From positions 1,426,001 to 1,490,000 of the forward strand of contig JAWMAR010000051.1 in the NCBI GenBank assembly GCA_036785375.1: a DNA stretch of 64,000 bases. Reading direction: 5' to 3'. Each line of letters begins with the position of its first letter. Positions within the stretch are counted from its first letter, which is position 1. The notes below the pieces were generated by a model. It had not been told where the DNA came from. It did no database searches and saw nothing but the letters and a program-made list of their open reading frames with translations. This document shows, in pieces, positions 1 through 11,353 of this stretch. The stretch comes from Leucoraja ocellata (lineage: Eukaryota). A program made the position numbers and the translations under genes.

Positions 1-2355
1 TGTAAATTGGAAATGGGCCGTGTAGCAGAGAAATGTAAAGATTCCTTCAGTGTTAGAATGTGTTGAATAATTTAAGATCTGACATAAAAAAAACTTGGTT
101 ACTTTTGCCATTTAAAATATGTCCGAAACTCTCTGCAATACACAAACACATTGTAGCCTCAGATGTGTCCTTTTCTTTAAAGCTGAAAGACATAAAATTA
201 CTTGTTGTAAGCACTAAGCCAAATGGTCAAACCAATCTAAATCATGCATTTTAGACAGTGTCTGTTTTCTTTTAATTGGCTTGTTGCAACATGACATTTT
301 GAATCATCTGGTGAAATTATATAGTACCTTACTGAAAGAAGCTTCTTTAGTTTGTTTTGATGGAAGAACAATCAATTTGATAAGTGGTAGCACATCTCAT
401 TGTCTCAGATTAATTATACTAATTGCTTGATGTTAGCCTTCAGAACAAGCCGAGCCTGAAGAGGAGTGAGGCTGTGGCCCCCCTTTGCATGCAGTGTGAG
501 TGCCAGTTCCAGTTGCCTGCACACAGGCTGGATACAGCATTGTTAGAATTCAGGTCTACACCTTCGCTGTCAGTACTGGTTCTGCTGTAGTCAAGTTCCT
601 GCTCTGAGCAGAGCAAATCTTTGCTCAGTTAAGTGAGCCTCAGTCACTGTTGCACTTTCAAAAGGCTTGGCCAACAGCCCAGCTTTGTTAGGCTTTTGGA
701 GCTTCACCTGAATGAGATATTGACGGAGCTTTGTTACCTGAACATCTCCAAATAACACGGGGGGAAAAAAAGATTTGATAATTAAATTGTTATAGAATAA
801 CAAAGTCTGCGGATTTCGAAGCCTGTGGCCTCCAGAGGGATTGTCATAGAAAACATAGAAAATAGGTGACTATTTGGTCCTTCGAGCCTGCACCGCGTTA
901 TGGTTAATTTTGACTGGAATTTGCTTGTGTGAGCCCTAGATTCCAACATTTGTACACTTTTGTTGATTTTATTCAACATTGCTTTATTTTCTTGAGGTGA
1001 GCCACCATTGTGATGACACTATTCGTTGCATGAGGGACTCCCATTTAAAAAAATAATAATTCTGAAGTGGTGTTTGCAGCCTCACACAGTATCTTATGAA
1101 GCATCAAAGTGTTGATTAGCAGAAAGACAAACCCATTCTGGGTGTGGCACAATTTCCTGCCCTCTTGTAAATTCAGAACAGCTGAGCAACCCTATACATC
1201 TGAAGCACCTGGTCTCTAGGATTGGGTTACAGCAACTTTATTGTGTTGTTAAAGGTCAGTACTCGGCATATGCTGCATCTCTTCAGAGGTGCTTATCTAG
1301 CAGCTTATTCCATGATAACACATTTGCCGACTGAAGTCACAACTAACCATAAAGAATGAAAAGCATTTCAAGCATCTCACCTTCCCCAAAACAAGCGTGC
1401 AATAGTAACAAGCTCTGCCCCTGACATGCAGCCCAGTGCCTTTAAATTTACTGTATGAAAGGTGGGATTGGCTCTTTAAAAGTTACAACTGGCATCTAAA
1501 TTTGAAATAGAAACAATTGGAAGAATTGTTGTATAATTAATGTATTATCCCTTGCTTTCATGTGCAATATTGCAGCTTCACGCCAGGAAAAATTTTAATT
1601 GGAAAGCACTGTAGCAAGCAAAAACTTCCCTTATCGAATCATCTTTGTCGATCAAATATCAGAATGTACCAGGGAATGAATTCATGCCTCAGCAAATGCA
1701 CTGTTAATTGTGCATAAGCATCAATGGAATGTCAATTAAATGACATGAATGGTGTCTATGAAAGTTTTTGATATTTTCACACCTTGGTTTACTTTCCATA
1801 GTCTCTTCTCTTATTTCACCCCTTCCTCCTGTAGTAGATGAATTTTTAAACAAAGCTGTGCACAACCCTATCACCATAACTTTTTTTAAATTTGCTTAAA
1901 TTTAACCCAGGTCAGATTACCTCAGGTTTCACTGTGAATAAGATCGACAGGTTGTTTGCTCTGCTTCCCTTTAGCTTCCCACTTGATAGAATGTGTAAAA
2001 ATTGCTTCCTGATATTCTAAAGTCAAATTTTTGATGCAAAGGACGATAATGTGCTTTAGGAACAGTGGGATTAGCTGTGGATTGCTGTAAAATAAAATTA
2101 GTATAACCGTGATATACAAATGGCCTTGTTCTTTGCGTTAAACCTGCATGCTCTACTTTTCTTACTTGAAGCTTGCGTAAGACTGATAGCAGTCAATGCA
2201 AGCTGGTAATCTGAATCGCGATCCTTCAGCTCAATATAGTCATAGAGTTATGAAGAGATACAGCCCAGAGTCAGGCCCTGTAACCCGCGTGCCTGCAATG
2301 AACATCAAACACTCAATTACGCTAATAAATCCTTTTTTTTAAAAAGGATTTTAAA

Positions 2356-2420
2356 GCCTATTTCCTTCGCTCCATGGATGCTGCTGCACCCGCTGAGTTT
2401 CTCCAGTTTTTTTGTCTACC
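2356..2420 (+). mobile_element. Short PLE 3' fragment
   Basis: GCCTATTTCCTTCGCTCCATGGATGCTGCTGCACCCGCTGAGTTTCTCCAG is nearly identical to 60229-60279. Confidence 0.8.
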
Positions 2421-2435
2421 TTTTTTTTAAATGTT

Positions 2436-2722
2436 GGTTTAGTCTTAGTTTTGAGATGCAGCACGGAAATAGTTCCTTCAGCCCACCGAGTCCACGCCAA
2501 CCATCATTTACCTATTCAAACTAGTTCTATTTTAGGGGCACTAGGGGCAATTTTACACCGGCCAAGTAACCTACCCACACATCCTTGGGATGTGGGGGTT
2601 AACCAGAGGAAACCAACGGGGTCACAGGGTGAACATGCAAACTCCACACAGACAGCACCCGAGGTCGGGATCCAACCGGGATTTCTTACGGTGTGAGGCA
2701 GCAGCTCTACCAGCTGTACCAC
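2436..2722 (-). mobile_element. tRNA-derived V-SINE (HE1-like)
   Basis: The minus strand has an A/B-box head, GGTGCTGTCTGTGTGGAGTTTGCATGTT, a V-domain and a CR1-like 3' tail. Confidence 0.88.
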
Positions 2723-2724
2723 TA

Positions 2725-2980
2725 AGAAGCCCCTCTTCTCACATTCCCATGAACTCCCCATAGTTTCTACAACTCGTCCACACTGTAAAGTCAACTTGCA
2801 GTGGCCAATAAACTGACTGACTCGCACGACTTTGGAATATGGGAGGAATCAGAAGCATCTGGAGGAAGCACACGCAATCACCGAGAGAACATGCAAACTC
2901 CACACAGTCAGCACCCTAGGTCAGGATTGAACCCAGGTCACTGATGCTGTGTGTTAGCAGCTCTACTAGCTGTGCCACCT
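2725..2980 (-). mobile_element. tRNA-derived V-SINE (older copy; tail probably at about 2240-2330)
   Basis: GAACATGCAAACTCCACACAG...CAGGATTGAACCCAGGTC...CTACTAGCTGTGCCACC. Confidence 0.82.
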
Positions 2981-3202
2981 AGTTTGTTGGAGTAAAGACA
3001 TAAAAACATGTACAAATGATTCTCTTCTCTAAAGATTTAGAGGTTTTGCTGTTTGAACCTGGTCAGGAATTAGCAATAACCTTTTCAAGGGATAAAACTG
3101 AACTCATAATCCTCTAGGCGAAGAAACCAGTGTTCTAGAATAGAGTTTCCACTGCAGACCACTGCCATAGGAATAATCCTTTGCATCTGTATGGAAATGC
3201 TT

Positions 3203-3488
3203 AATTTAGTTTAGTTTAGTTATTTCGTTCATTGTCACGTGGTACAGTGAAAAGCTTTTGTTGTGTGCTAGCTAGTCACAAGATTACAATCGGGCCATCC
3301 ATGGTGTACAGATACATGATATAGAGAATAACGTTTAGTGCAAGGTAAAGTCCAGTAAAGTCCAATCAAAGATAATCCACTGGGCTCCAATGAGATAGAT
3401 AGTAGCTCAGGACCGTTCTCTAGTTGTGGGTAGGATGGTTTAGTTGCCTGATAATAGCTGGAAGAAACTGTCCCTGAATCTGGATTGC
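3203..3488 (-). mobile_element. Non-LTR retrotransposon 3' end with (CTAAA)n tail (clade uncertain)
   Basis: (TTTAG)n followed by ATTGTCACGTG-GTACAGTGAAAAGCTTTTGTTG...GATTACAATCG. The same family is in + orientation at 60385-60512. Confidence 0.6.
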
Positions 3489-4877
3489 GTTTGTTCTTAT
3501 TGCAAAGAAGATAGATATATTGTAAAATATTTTACCGTTCAGCTCTGTCATAGAAAGAAATTAAACATAAAATCTTATCTCCATTTGGCCATGAATGAAG
3601 AGAGTTTTAAGCGTAAACAGTTTAGCATGAATATCCTTACATCACTGTGGGCAACCTCGGAGCTCTAACACATTGAATCGGTTGCAGTATCCATGTTCCA
3701 CCTCTGAGGTCAGTATGCATTGACATGGATGAAGCTCCATCAATCCACCCTGGTTATTTTGACAGTTTACCTTTTGTATTATTTCTACAGTGCCCTGCCT
3801 AGCTCTGTCTTGTCTGTATGATTAAATTTGGCAGATGGCACTTTTCAGGCCAATAAATTAACACTGTGTTGAACTTTGATACAGTGTGTGGTGCAGGTTA
3901 TAATTTAACAGTACTTGCTCAGAACTCATTTTCAATTACGTTAAGTGTGATTGCATTTCTTTTTATTAATTTTGCCATAGTTTTAATTTTGTAGATCTAA
4001 TATACAGTATATCTACTAGTTTAAAATTCTAACGTTTCATCTGTCGATTGAAGCACAAAATAGTGAAAGTAGCTAAATCCAAAGCTGAGGACATATATGC
4101 CACTTAAATTTGTAAATTTAGAAGTACTTGGATTAGTGAAGATTTGGAGTATCTAATACTTGACTTGAGACTTGATTCTAAAGTTAAATATATCAAATGA
4201 ATTTGAGTGGAGAGAACTGGCAAACCTTCTAAGATGGCATCAAAAATCCACCAGAACTGTCGAGATTTACAGCACATAAACCCACTCAGCTGCTTTCGCC
4301 TGTTGGCTTTGTGTCGGTTTGTTGGCTTCAGCAGTCCAAAGACAAATCTCTCTTTCCACAGTTCTATTTGTTCTGGTGCATCAAATTTTTTTTTTCCAAT
4401 TTTCCCTTCAAAGTTTCAGTAGTTTCCTCCAACTATTCACTTGCAGCAGAGTACATAGTCTCCGTGTAAAGAGCATCTGCCTGTTATCTTCATTTATTTG
4501 CTGTCATGTTCAAAATTATTGATCCTTCGTGAATGATTCCACACTCAGAAAATAATCTTTACTGATTAGCTCTTTCAAAATTGTGGAAGAAAAATTGGCA
4601 CAGGGGCTGAATCTTCCGTAAGCATGGATCTTAGTCGTAGCATTTCTGCCTGTTATACCAAAGTCTCCATGGTCCTTGATCCCATGGTCAGGAATACTGC
4701 AGAACGGGCCCTGGTCAAATCCTTGCTACATGAACAAAGTCTGCTGATGTCCAAATGTATGTCTTAACCCCACTATTAGCACATTCTCAATGGGGCATGA
4801 AGGAGGGGATTCAGAGAAGTTTCTGAAATCTGCTTCCCTATCCTTGTCTACATGTAAAGAGTTACTCAACCTATTGG

Positions 4878-4951
4878 ACACATAAGAGATTGCAGATACT
4901 GGAATTTTGCACAAAATCAAGCTGCTGGACAAACTCAGTGGGTTAGGCAGC
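4878..4951 (-). mobile_element. Short PLE 3' fragment
   Basis: TGCAGATACTGGA...TGCTGGACAAACTCAGTGGGTTAGGCAGC is the reverse of the family tail. Confidence 0.6.
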
Positions 4952-5039
4952 TCAGTGCTGGAAAATGTTCGTCCAGCAGTCTGTTTGGATCCATTAGCAC
5001 TTGTTTATCAGAACAAGTGTGCACAAAGTTGTTTTAAAC

Positions 5040-5835
5040 CCGGGAAGATTATCTTAACTTGGGTATTTTACAACTTAACAGTATAAGCATTGAACTCTCT
5101 GACTTTAGGTACCTAATCAACTATAACCCTCTCCCCCTCTTTTCCATTTGTCCATTATGAAGCACATCCATTTCTCCCACTATCTCACCCCCCCCCCTTT
5201 CCCCATCCACCTGTCACCCTTCCTCTGGCTTCACATTTGGAACCCCTTCTCTCATTACCTCACAGCGTTTTGTCTTTTCATCTGCAGCCTTTGTTCTCCC
5301 AGTTGCCAATCAACTGTGAACCCCCCCCCCCCCCCACCCTGACTTGTATCCACCTATCACATGTCAGGCTTTGTCGCACCCCCACTACTATGTACATTCT
5401 AGTCTCTCCCCCACCACCAAAATCAGTCTGGAGAAGCGGTTTATACTTTGGACTTTAAAGATACAGAGCGGAAACAGGCCCCTCAGCTCCTCAAGTCCGC
5501 ACAGACCACTGATCCAGCATTAATAAACCAGCACTATCGTACACACTAAGGGCAATATACAATTTTTAATAAAGCCATTTAACCTACAAACCTGTACGTC
5601 TTTGAACTATGGGGGGAAAACCGGAGCACCCAGAGAAAAACCCACGCAGTCACAGGGAGAACGTACAAACTCCGTACAGGCGGCACCTGTAGTCAGGATC
5701 GTACCCGGGTCTCCAGCGCAACAAGGCAACAACTCTATGGCTGTGCCATTGTTCTAACCCAAAACATTGCTTACCCATGTTTTCCAAGATGCTGCCTGAC
5801 TTGCTGAGTTACTCCAGCAGATTTGTGTCTTTTTT
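5040..5835 (+). mobile_element. Old PLE 3' fragment interrupted by a SINE
   Basis: 5059-5109 translates LGILQLNSISIELSDFR, a decayed GIY-YIG C-terminus (compare LGSLHPGGMNIDFSQF). It is followed by a C/T-rich tract, a split hammerhead and the TGCTGCCTGACTTGCTGAGTTACTCCAGCA tail. Confidence 0.75.
5441..5750 (-). mobile_element. tRNA-derived V-SINE
   Basis: GATACAGAGCGGAAACAGGCCC tail, GGAAAACCGGAGCACCC V-domain, CAGGATCGTACCCGGGTC B-box. Confidence 0.9.
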
Positions 5836-6384
5836 CAAAGATCGCTTTAACAATCATTTCCAGGTGAAATCGTGTACACCAGGAACTTGGGGGAGGTACA
5901 TTTGCACACAATTCACCCGAGCACAGCTGATCTATTCCTCTGTGTCAGTTAGTCATCTAATAACATCACAAGAAGAGTTTCCTCCATTGTCGACATCAAT
6001 TGAAGCTCCTGGCTGCAGCCTATAATTTGCGCTGAACACTCGCAATGCAACTAGAATTACATTGTGGTGCTTTGTAGCATTTGTCTCCATTTGCAAAGGG
6101 AACTCTGCAGACTGCTGGTGATCTAACTGGGCTCACTGCAGGCTCTTCAAGCAGCTTCCAAAGTCTGCAGAATGGGGTTAATCCAACAGGGTGCGTTTCT
6201 TTTTTCAGCATTTAGTGCTGAGATACTCATTCCGTTGGTTCAATCTGTACAGTGGTCAGTTTATATCTGCACCTAGAAGAATGTAATTTTAACATGAATA
6301 AAAACCCATTTCAACCCGACTAGAATTTAGAATTAATTAAGGCAGAAAAAAAGACAAATGTAGGGAGTCATAATGTACAAACAC

Positions 6385-6540
6385 GAAACTGCAGATGCTG
6401 TTACCATAGAAAATAACAAAGTCTGAAAAAATCTGAAGACGTGTCCCGACCCAAAACAATACCTATTCATGTTCTGCAGAGATGCTGCCTGAACCGCTGA
6501 GTTACTATATACAGCAATGGTTTCCAATATTTGTGTTTTA
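6385..6540. mobile_element. PLE-derived fold-back fragment
   Basis: Reverse tail AACTGCAGATGCTG, then CTGAAGAC...CCCGACCCAAAAC and GATGCTGCCTGAACCGCTGAGTTAC. Confidence 0.7.
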
Positions 6541-6779
6541 GTGCCTTTAATACTACATTGTTTCAGGTGAGGGTTCTGACTTGAAAAGTTGCCCCTTTGA
6601 CTTTGACCTACATAGATGAATTTAATAGCCCTTGAAGGCTCTTGTACCAAGCGTCTAGGCTTCAGACTGTTGCCCTGGGCAGGTCGAGGAAGCGGCCTGG
6701 GATGGCTGGATATTGGGTATGGGTGCATATTCTTTCTAAAGGATGTAGACTAGAATTAATACAGAAAATTAATTCAATG

Positions 6780-7733
6780 TAACATTAGCAAATTTGCAGA
6801 TGACACAAAGCTGGGTGATAGTGTGGACTGTGAGGAGGATGCTATGAGAATGCAGGGTGACATGGACAGGTTGGGTGAGTGGGCGGATGCATGGCAGATG
6901 CAGTTTAATGTGGATAAATGTGAGCTTATCCACTTTGGTAGCAAAATCAGGAAGGCAGATTACTATCTAAATGGTGTCAAGTTGGGAAAAGGGGAAGTAC
7001 GACGGGACTGGGGTCCTTGTTCATTAGTCAATGAAAGTAAGCATGCAGGCACAGCAGGCAGTGAAGAAAGCGAATGGCATGTTGGTCTTTATAACAAGAG
7101 GAGTTGAGTATAGGAGCAAAGAGGTCCTTCTGCAGTTTTATAGGGCCCCAGTGAAACCACACCTGGAGTAATGTGTGCAGTTTTTGTCCCCTAATTTGAG
7201 GAAGGACATTCTTGCTATTGAGGGAGTGCAGCGTAGGTTTACCAGGTTAATTCCCAGGATGGCGGGACTGTCGTATGCTGAGAGAATGGAGTGGCTAGGC
7301 TTGTATACTCTGGAGTTTAGAAGGATGAGAGGGGATCTTATTGAAACATATGATTATTAAGGGTTTGGACACGATAGAGACCAAAAGCATGTTCCCGATG
7401 TTGGCGGAGTCCAGAACCAGGGGCCACAGTTTGAGAATAAGGGGTAAGCTATTTAAAACGGAGATGAGGAAACACTTTTTCTCACAGAGAGTTGCGAGTC
7501 TGTGGAATTCTCTGCCTCAGAGAGCGGTGGAGGCAGAGAATTCTGAGATTCCAGAGGTTCTCTGGATACTTTCAAGAGAGAGCTAGTTAGGGCTCTTAAA
7601 GATAGCGGAGTCAGGGGATATGGAGAGAAGGCAGGAATGGGGTACTGATTGGGGATGATCAGCCATGATCACATTGAATGGCGGTGCTGACTCGAAGGGC
7701 CGAATGGCCTACTCCTGCACCTATTGTCTATTG
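6780..7733 (+). mobile_element. CR1-type LINE (HER1-like), 5'-truncated
   Basis: ISKFADDTKLG RT motif at 6784, WQMQFNVDKC, VQRRFTRLIP, RTRGHSL, WNSLP. 3' tail GAATGGCCTACTCCTGCACCTATTGTCTATTG. Confidence 0.95.
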
Positions 7734-7737
7734 CCTA

Positions 7738-7958
7738 AAATGCTGGAAATACTCGGCAGGTCAGGCCACATCTGTGGAAAGAAATAATAAAGGTAATATT
7801 TCAGGAATAAAATCCTTCCTCACCCTTGTTCTGATGAAGGGTCATTCACCAGGAACATTAACATTGTCTCTCTTCCACTGATGCAGCCTAAACTGCTGAA
7901 TGAGTTTTAGGGTTTTCTGTTTTTTCTTAAATTTTGGGTTTCCAGCATCTCCAGTTTT
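7738..7958. mobile_element. PLE-derived fold-back fragment
   Basis: TGCTGGAAATACTCGGCAGGTCAGG arm, GTTCTGATGAAGGGTC...GGAACATTAAC hammerhead remnant, TTCCAGCATCTCCAG tail. Confidence 0.7.
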
Positions 7959-8208
7959 TCATTGGATTTTCACATACATGATGCAAATTGACGGTTTTCT
8001 CATGAGAAAGGTTGTCAGTGGTCTGAATCTGCACATTGACGACTTCTCAGAGGAAGATGCAGTAACCTGCTGACACTCCATCATTATTTCAATATCAAGA
8101 ACCAGGGCTGAGCTAGTTTACAGTCTCCCGGCCATAGGTCCCTTCAACCTTATTCTTTTCCTTGCTCTCTGTGCTCTCATTAAAGTGTAGTGCGTGAATT
8201 GAGGGTGG

Positions 8209-8925
8209 CATGAGAGGAATGGATCGGGTAGATGCACAGAGTCTCTTGCCCATAGTAGGGGAATCAAGAACCAGGCTTAAGGTGAGGGATGAAACACTTA
8301 ATAGGAATCTGAGGGGTAGCTTTTTCACGCAAACGGTGGTATGGAATGAACTGCCGGAGGAGGTAGTTGACGCAAAGTTTAAGAAACATTTAGACAGGTA
8401 CACTTTTAGAGAGATACTAGACCAAGTGCAGACCCGTTGGGTCTGCTCCCCCAATGGTGTGATCCCCCGACCCAATATTCCACCATGCACCCATCTCTTC
8501 CAACGGAACTGAACCCGTTCCTAAATGTAAGATTCCAGCACTCCCCTGCCTCCCTCAGCAGTGGATTGAAAAAAAATTCCAATTGCACCTTCCCTGCCTG
8601 CTGCAGCAGTTCCAATTGCAATATCAATTGGCCCTCCCCCTCCTGTTGAAGCACTTGCTGTGATATCCCATTGAGGTGAAAAGTTCAGAGTGTTCCTGTC
8701 TTGCAACTTTGTTTTGAAGTGTGTTGGAAGCTGATATGAAGGAGCAGCGAATCAAAAGGCAGCCGGACGCCAGGCGGCAGGCAGCAGCCACACAGTTTTA
8801 ATATATAATAGATAGATGGGCCAAATGCAGGCAGGTGTGACTCGTGTAGATGGTACATGTTTTCCGGTGTGGGAAAGTTGGGCTGAAGGGCCTGTTTCCA
8901 TGCTGTTAGGCTCTATGACTCTATT
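8209..8925 (+). mobile_element. CR1-type LINE 3' fragment (host of the Helitron)
   Basis: WNELPEEVV...FKKHLDRY and the 3' tail GGGCTGAAGGGCCTGTTTCCATGCTG...CTCTATGACTCTA; interrupted at 8417-8816. Confidence 0.85.
8417..8816 (-). mobile_element. Non-autonomous Helitron (400 bp)
   Basis: The minus strand starts TC(TATCTATTATATA) and ends CTAG. Hairpin GCAGACCC-GTT-GGGTCTGC (8428-8446) lies 11 nt from the 3' end. Inserted between A8416 and T8817 with no TSD; removal restores the CR1 sequence GAGATA|TGGGCCAAA. Confidence 0.88.
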
Positions 8926-9290
8926 GCTCTATGACATGTCTGTGCTACTTCTGCATAGCATCTCACTGCTCTTTCACGAGAACTAGCTGTTCATGTGCAG
9001 CATCCTTTCGCTCCTGTGGAACTGTAAGCTGCTCACAGGTACGGCCTTCTGATCTTTGATGCTGCAATCTGCTTTCTCCTGGCACCTCTTTGCTCAATGA
9101 AGTCATCAAGCAGCTCGCTGGTGTCTTATTGAGTGTCAAGATGCTTCTGGGTGTCTGGGACCAGACCTCTAATGGATCAGAGTGAGACTGCATCGAATCA
9201 GCCAAATTGTGTGTGGCTTTCATCTCTGCATTCAGATAGGCACTGTACAACATGATTGTAGTTGATACCCAGCAAAGAAGTGTGCATGGA

Positions 9291-9620
9291 CAAGGAGCTG
9301 CAGATGCTGGAATGATGAGTAACAGTGTTGGAGTAACCCAGTGAGTCAGGCAGCATTTTCGGAGAACATGGACAAACAACTTTTCAGGTCGGGAAAGGAC
9401 ACAAAGTGCTGGAATAACTCAGCCGATGAAGCAGCATCTCTGGAAAACAGGAATACACAAAAGGACATAAAATACTCCCGAGATGTTGTCTAGAGGTGCT
9501 GCCTGATCTGCTGAGTTACTCCACGCACTTTCTGTCCTTTTGTGTATTAATCAGCATTGCAATTCCTTGATTCTATATTTCAGTTAAGGACCCTTCTTCG
9601 GACTCCATCACTTTGTGTTT
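9291..9620. mobile_element. Nested cluster of PLE-derived fragments
   Basis: Three copies of the GCTGGAGTAACTCAG/CTGAGTTACTCC motif in mixed orientation. The reverse hammerhead halves TTTCAGGTCGGGA and CCCTTCTTCGGACT are separated by an inner copy. Confidence 0.7.
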
Positions 9621-11165
9621 TAAAGAAGTGGAGGTTATTGGGTCTAGAGTGAAGGGCATGGCCTCTTGGCAATGCAGAATCCTCTGTGAGAAATTGTAGG
9701 CTCTGTCCTCCAGGTTCTTAACGCCTCTTGCATGAAGCCAGGACAACTGTCAGATCACTGACCATTTCCACCCGTACTTGTGCATCAGCTTTGTCATTAA
9801 AGCATCCCAATCATGAACCTCACCTGAATCCGTTCAGGTAGGATGAATGTGTGAGTGCTGATATCAGATTCCCTGCACCATGCGACAGACTGGAGTCACT
9901 GGTGCCTGGTTTATCTTCTTGTGTCCTGCATCCCTCTAACCTTATCTGCTTATACCTTTGTGAGAATGAAAGAGCAGCATTTCTGTTAGACTGAACATTA
10001 CCATGATATGAATTGAGAGATAATCAAGTTTCCTCGAGATCTGGTCTATGAATTTTGTTGTTCTGGAGAATACTGTAACCGCCTTCTGCCACGTTCTTTA
10101 ATGTTGACCCCTGACACATTCTTTAATGTTGACCCCTGATATATCTCATGGCCGGGACCCCCTTCTTCTCATGGCCACCAAAGCCTAACATGAATATCAC
10201 CGAGCTGTCTCCCTTTTGCCTGCAGCCTCACCCTTCACCAGAACTGCCTTGCATGTGTTGCAGTTTAAGGCTGTGAAGGGGCATGTGCCTTCAAGGGATG
10301 TGCCCCAACTCTGTTTTCTTTTGCACTATATAGGAAATAAGGTCCCGTGCAGATCCTGATTTGATGCATTAATTCAGGGTGCAATTAGCGAGGCATTATT
10401 TCCCTTGGCCGTTATCGGGAATTTTTGCAGGTGATCTAGTTGAGGAGTAGCACCGTAAACAGCACGTGTTTAGTGCACCAATAAAGGGCGAAATTCAATT
10501 TCTAGCATACAAACTTAATCCAATAATAATTGATTGCTTCATTTCAACTTCGACTCCAATTCATGTTGATTTCCAATCAGAGCCTATGACTGTCAGTAAC
10601 TTATGAATAGCTTTCACATATCAGCACCAGAATGGTTAAGAAGTCTTTAAACTCTGCTTACTGCTTTATAGTGGAGAGCCATAGGTCAGAGCAGACCTTA
10701 CGGTTGTTCTGATTATAGGCTTAAATAATAAATTCCAAAAATACCCAATTTTAAGTCCAAAAAGAATCTTATGTTTTGAGTATTAAATAGCTTCAACAGA
10801 AGACAACATAGCTTAACTATGTTATTTCCAGACTTTGGTCTTTAAAGTGTTTAAGAGTTTGTGTATTTTTAGTTGACCCAGGTCAGAGATCTCAAATTAA
10901 AGCTTTTGGTTGTATCCGAAGAACAACTGGCAGACACAAATCATATTCCTAACTGCATTTTGCACTTACTGCCAACAGAGCTCTATTTATCAGTTTTCAC
11001 AGGAATGTCAGCTCTTCACACCAATGCGTATTTTCTTCTAATATCGAAAACAATGATATATAAGTTTAAGATCAAGAGTCGAGGGTGTTTTACAGACAAA
11101 CATATGTCCCGAAACTGAACAATAAAATTCTTACTTGCAGCCAGCACAACAGATATGTAAACATA

Positions 11166-11353
11166 TAAGTTTAGCACAAAAAGCTGGAGTAACTCAGCGG
11201 GACAGGCAGCATCAGAAGGGTCATTCTTCAGAATGGTCTCGACCCGAAACGTCACCCATTCCTTCTCTCCAGAAATGCTGCCTGCCCCGCAGAGTTACTC
11301 CAGCTTTTTGAGTCCATCTTCGGTTTAAACCAGCATCTGCAGTTCCTTCTTAC
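11166..11353 (+). mobile_element. PLE-derived fold-back mini-element with 17-bp TSD
   Basis: TSD ACAGATATGTAAACATA (11149-65, 11354-70). Inverted arms 11178-11212 and 11275-11309 flank GGTCTCGACCCGAAACGTCACC. Confidence 0.85.
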
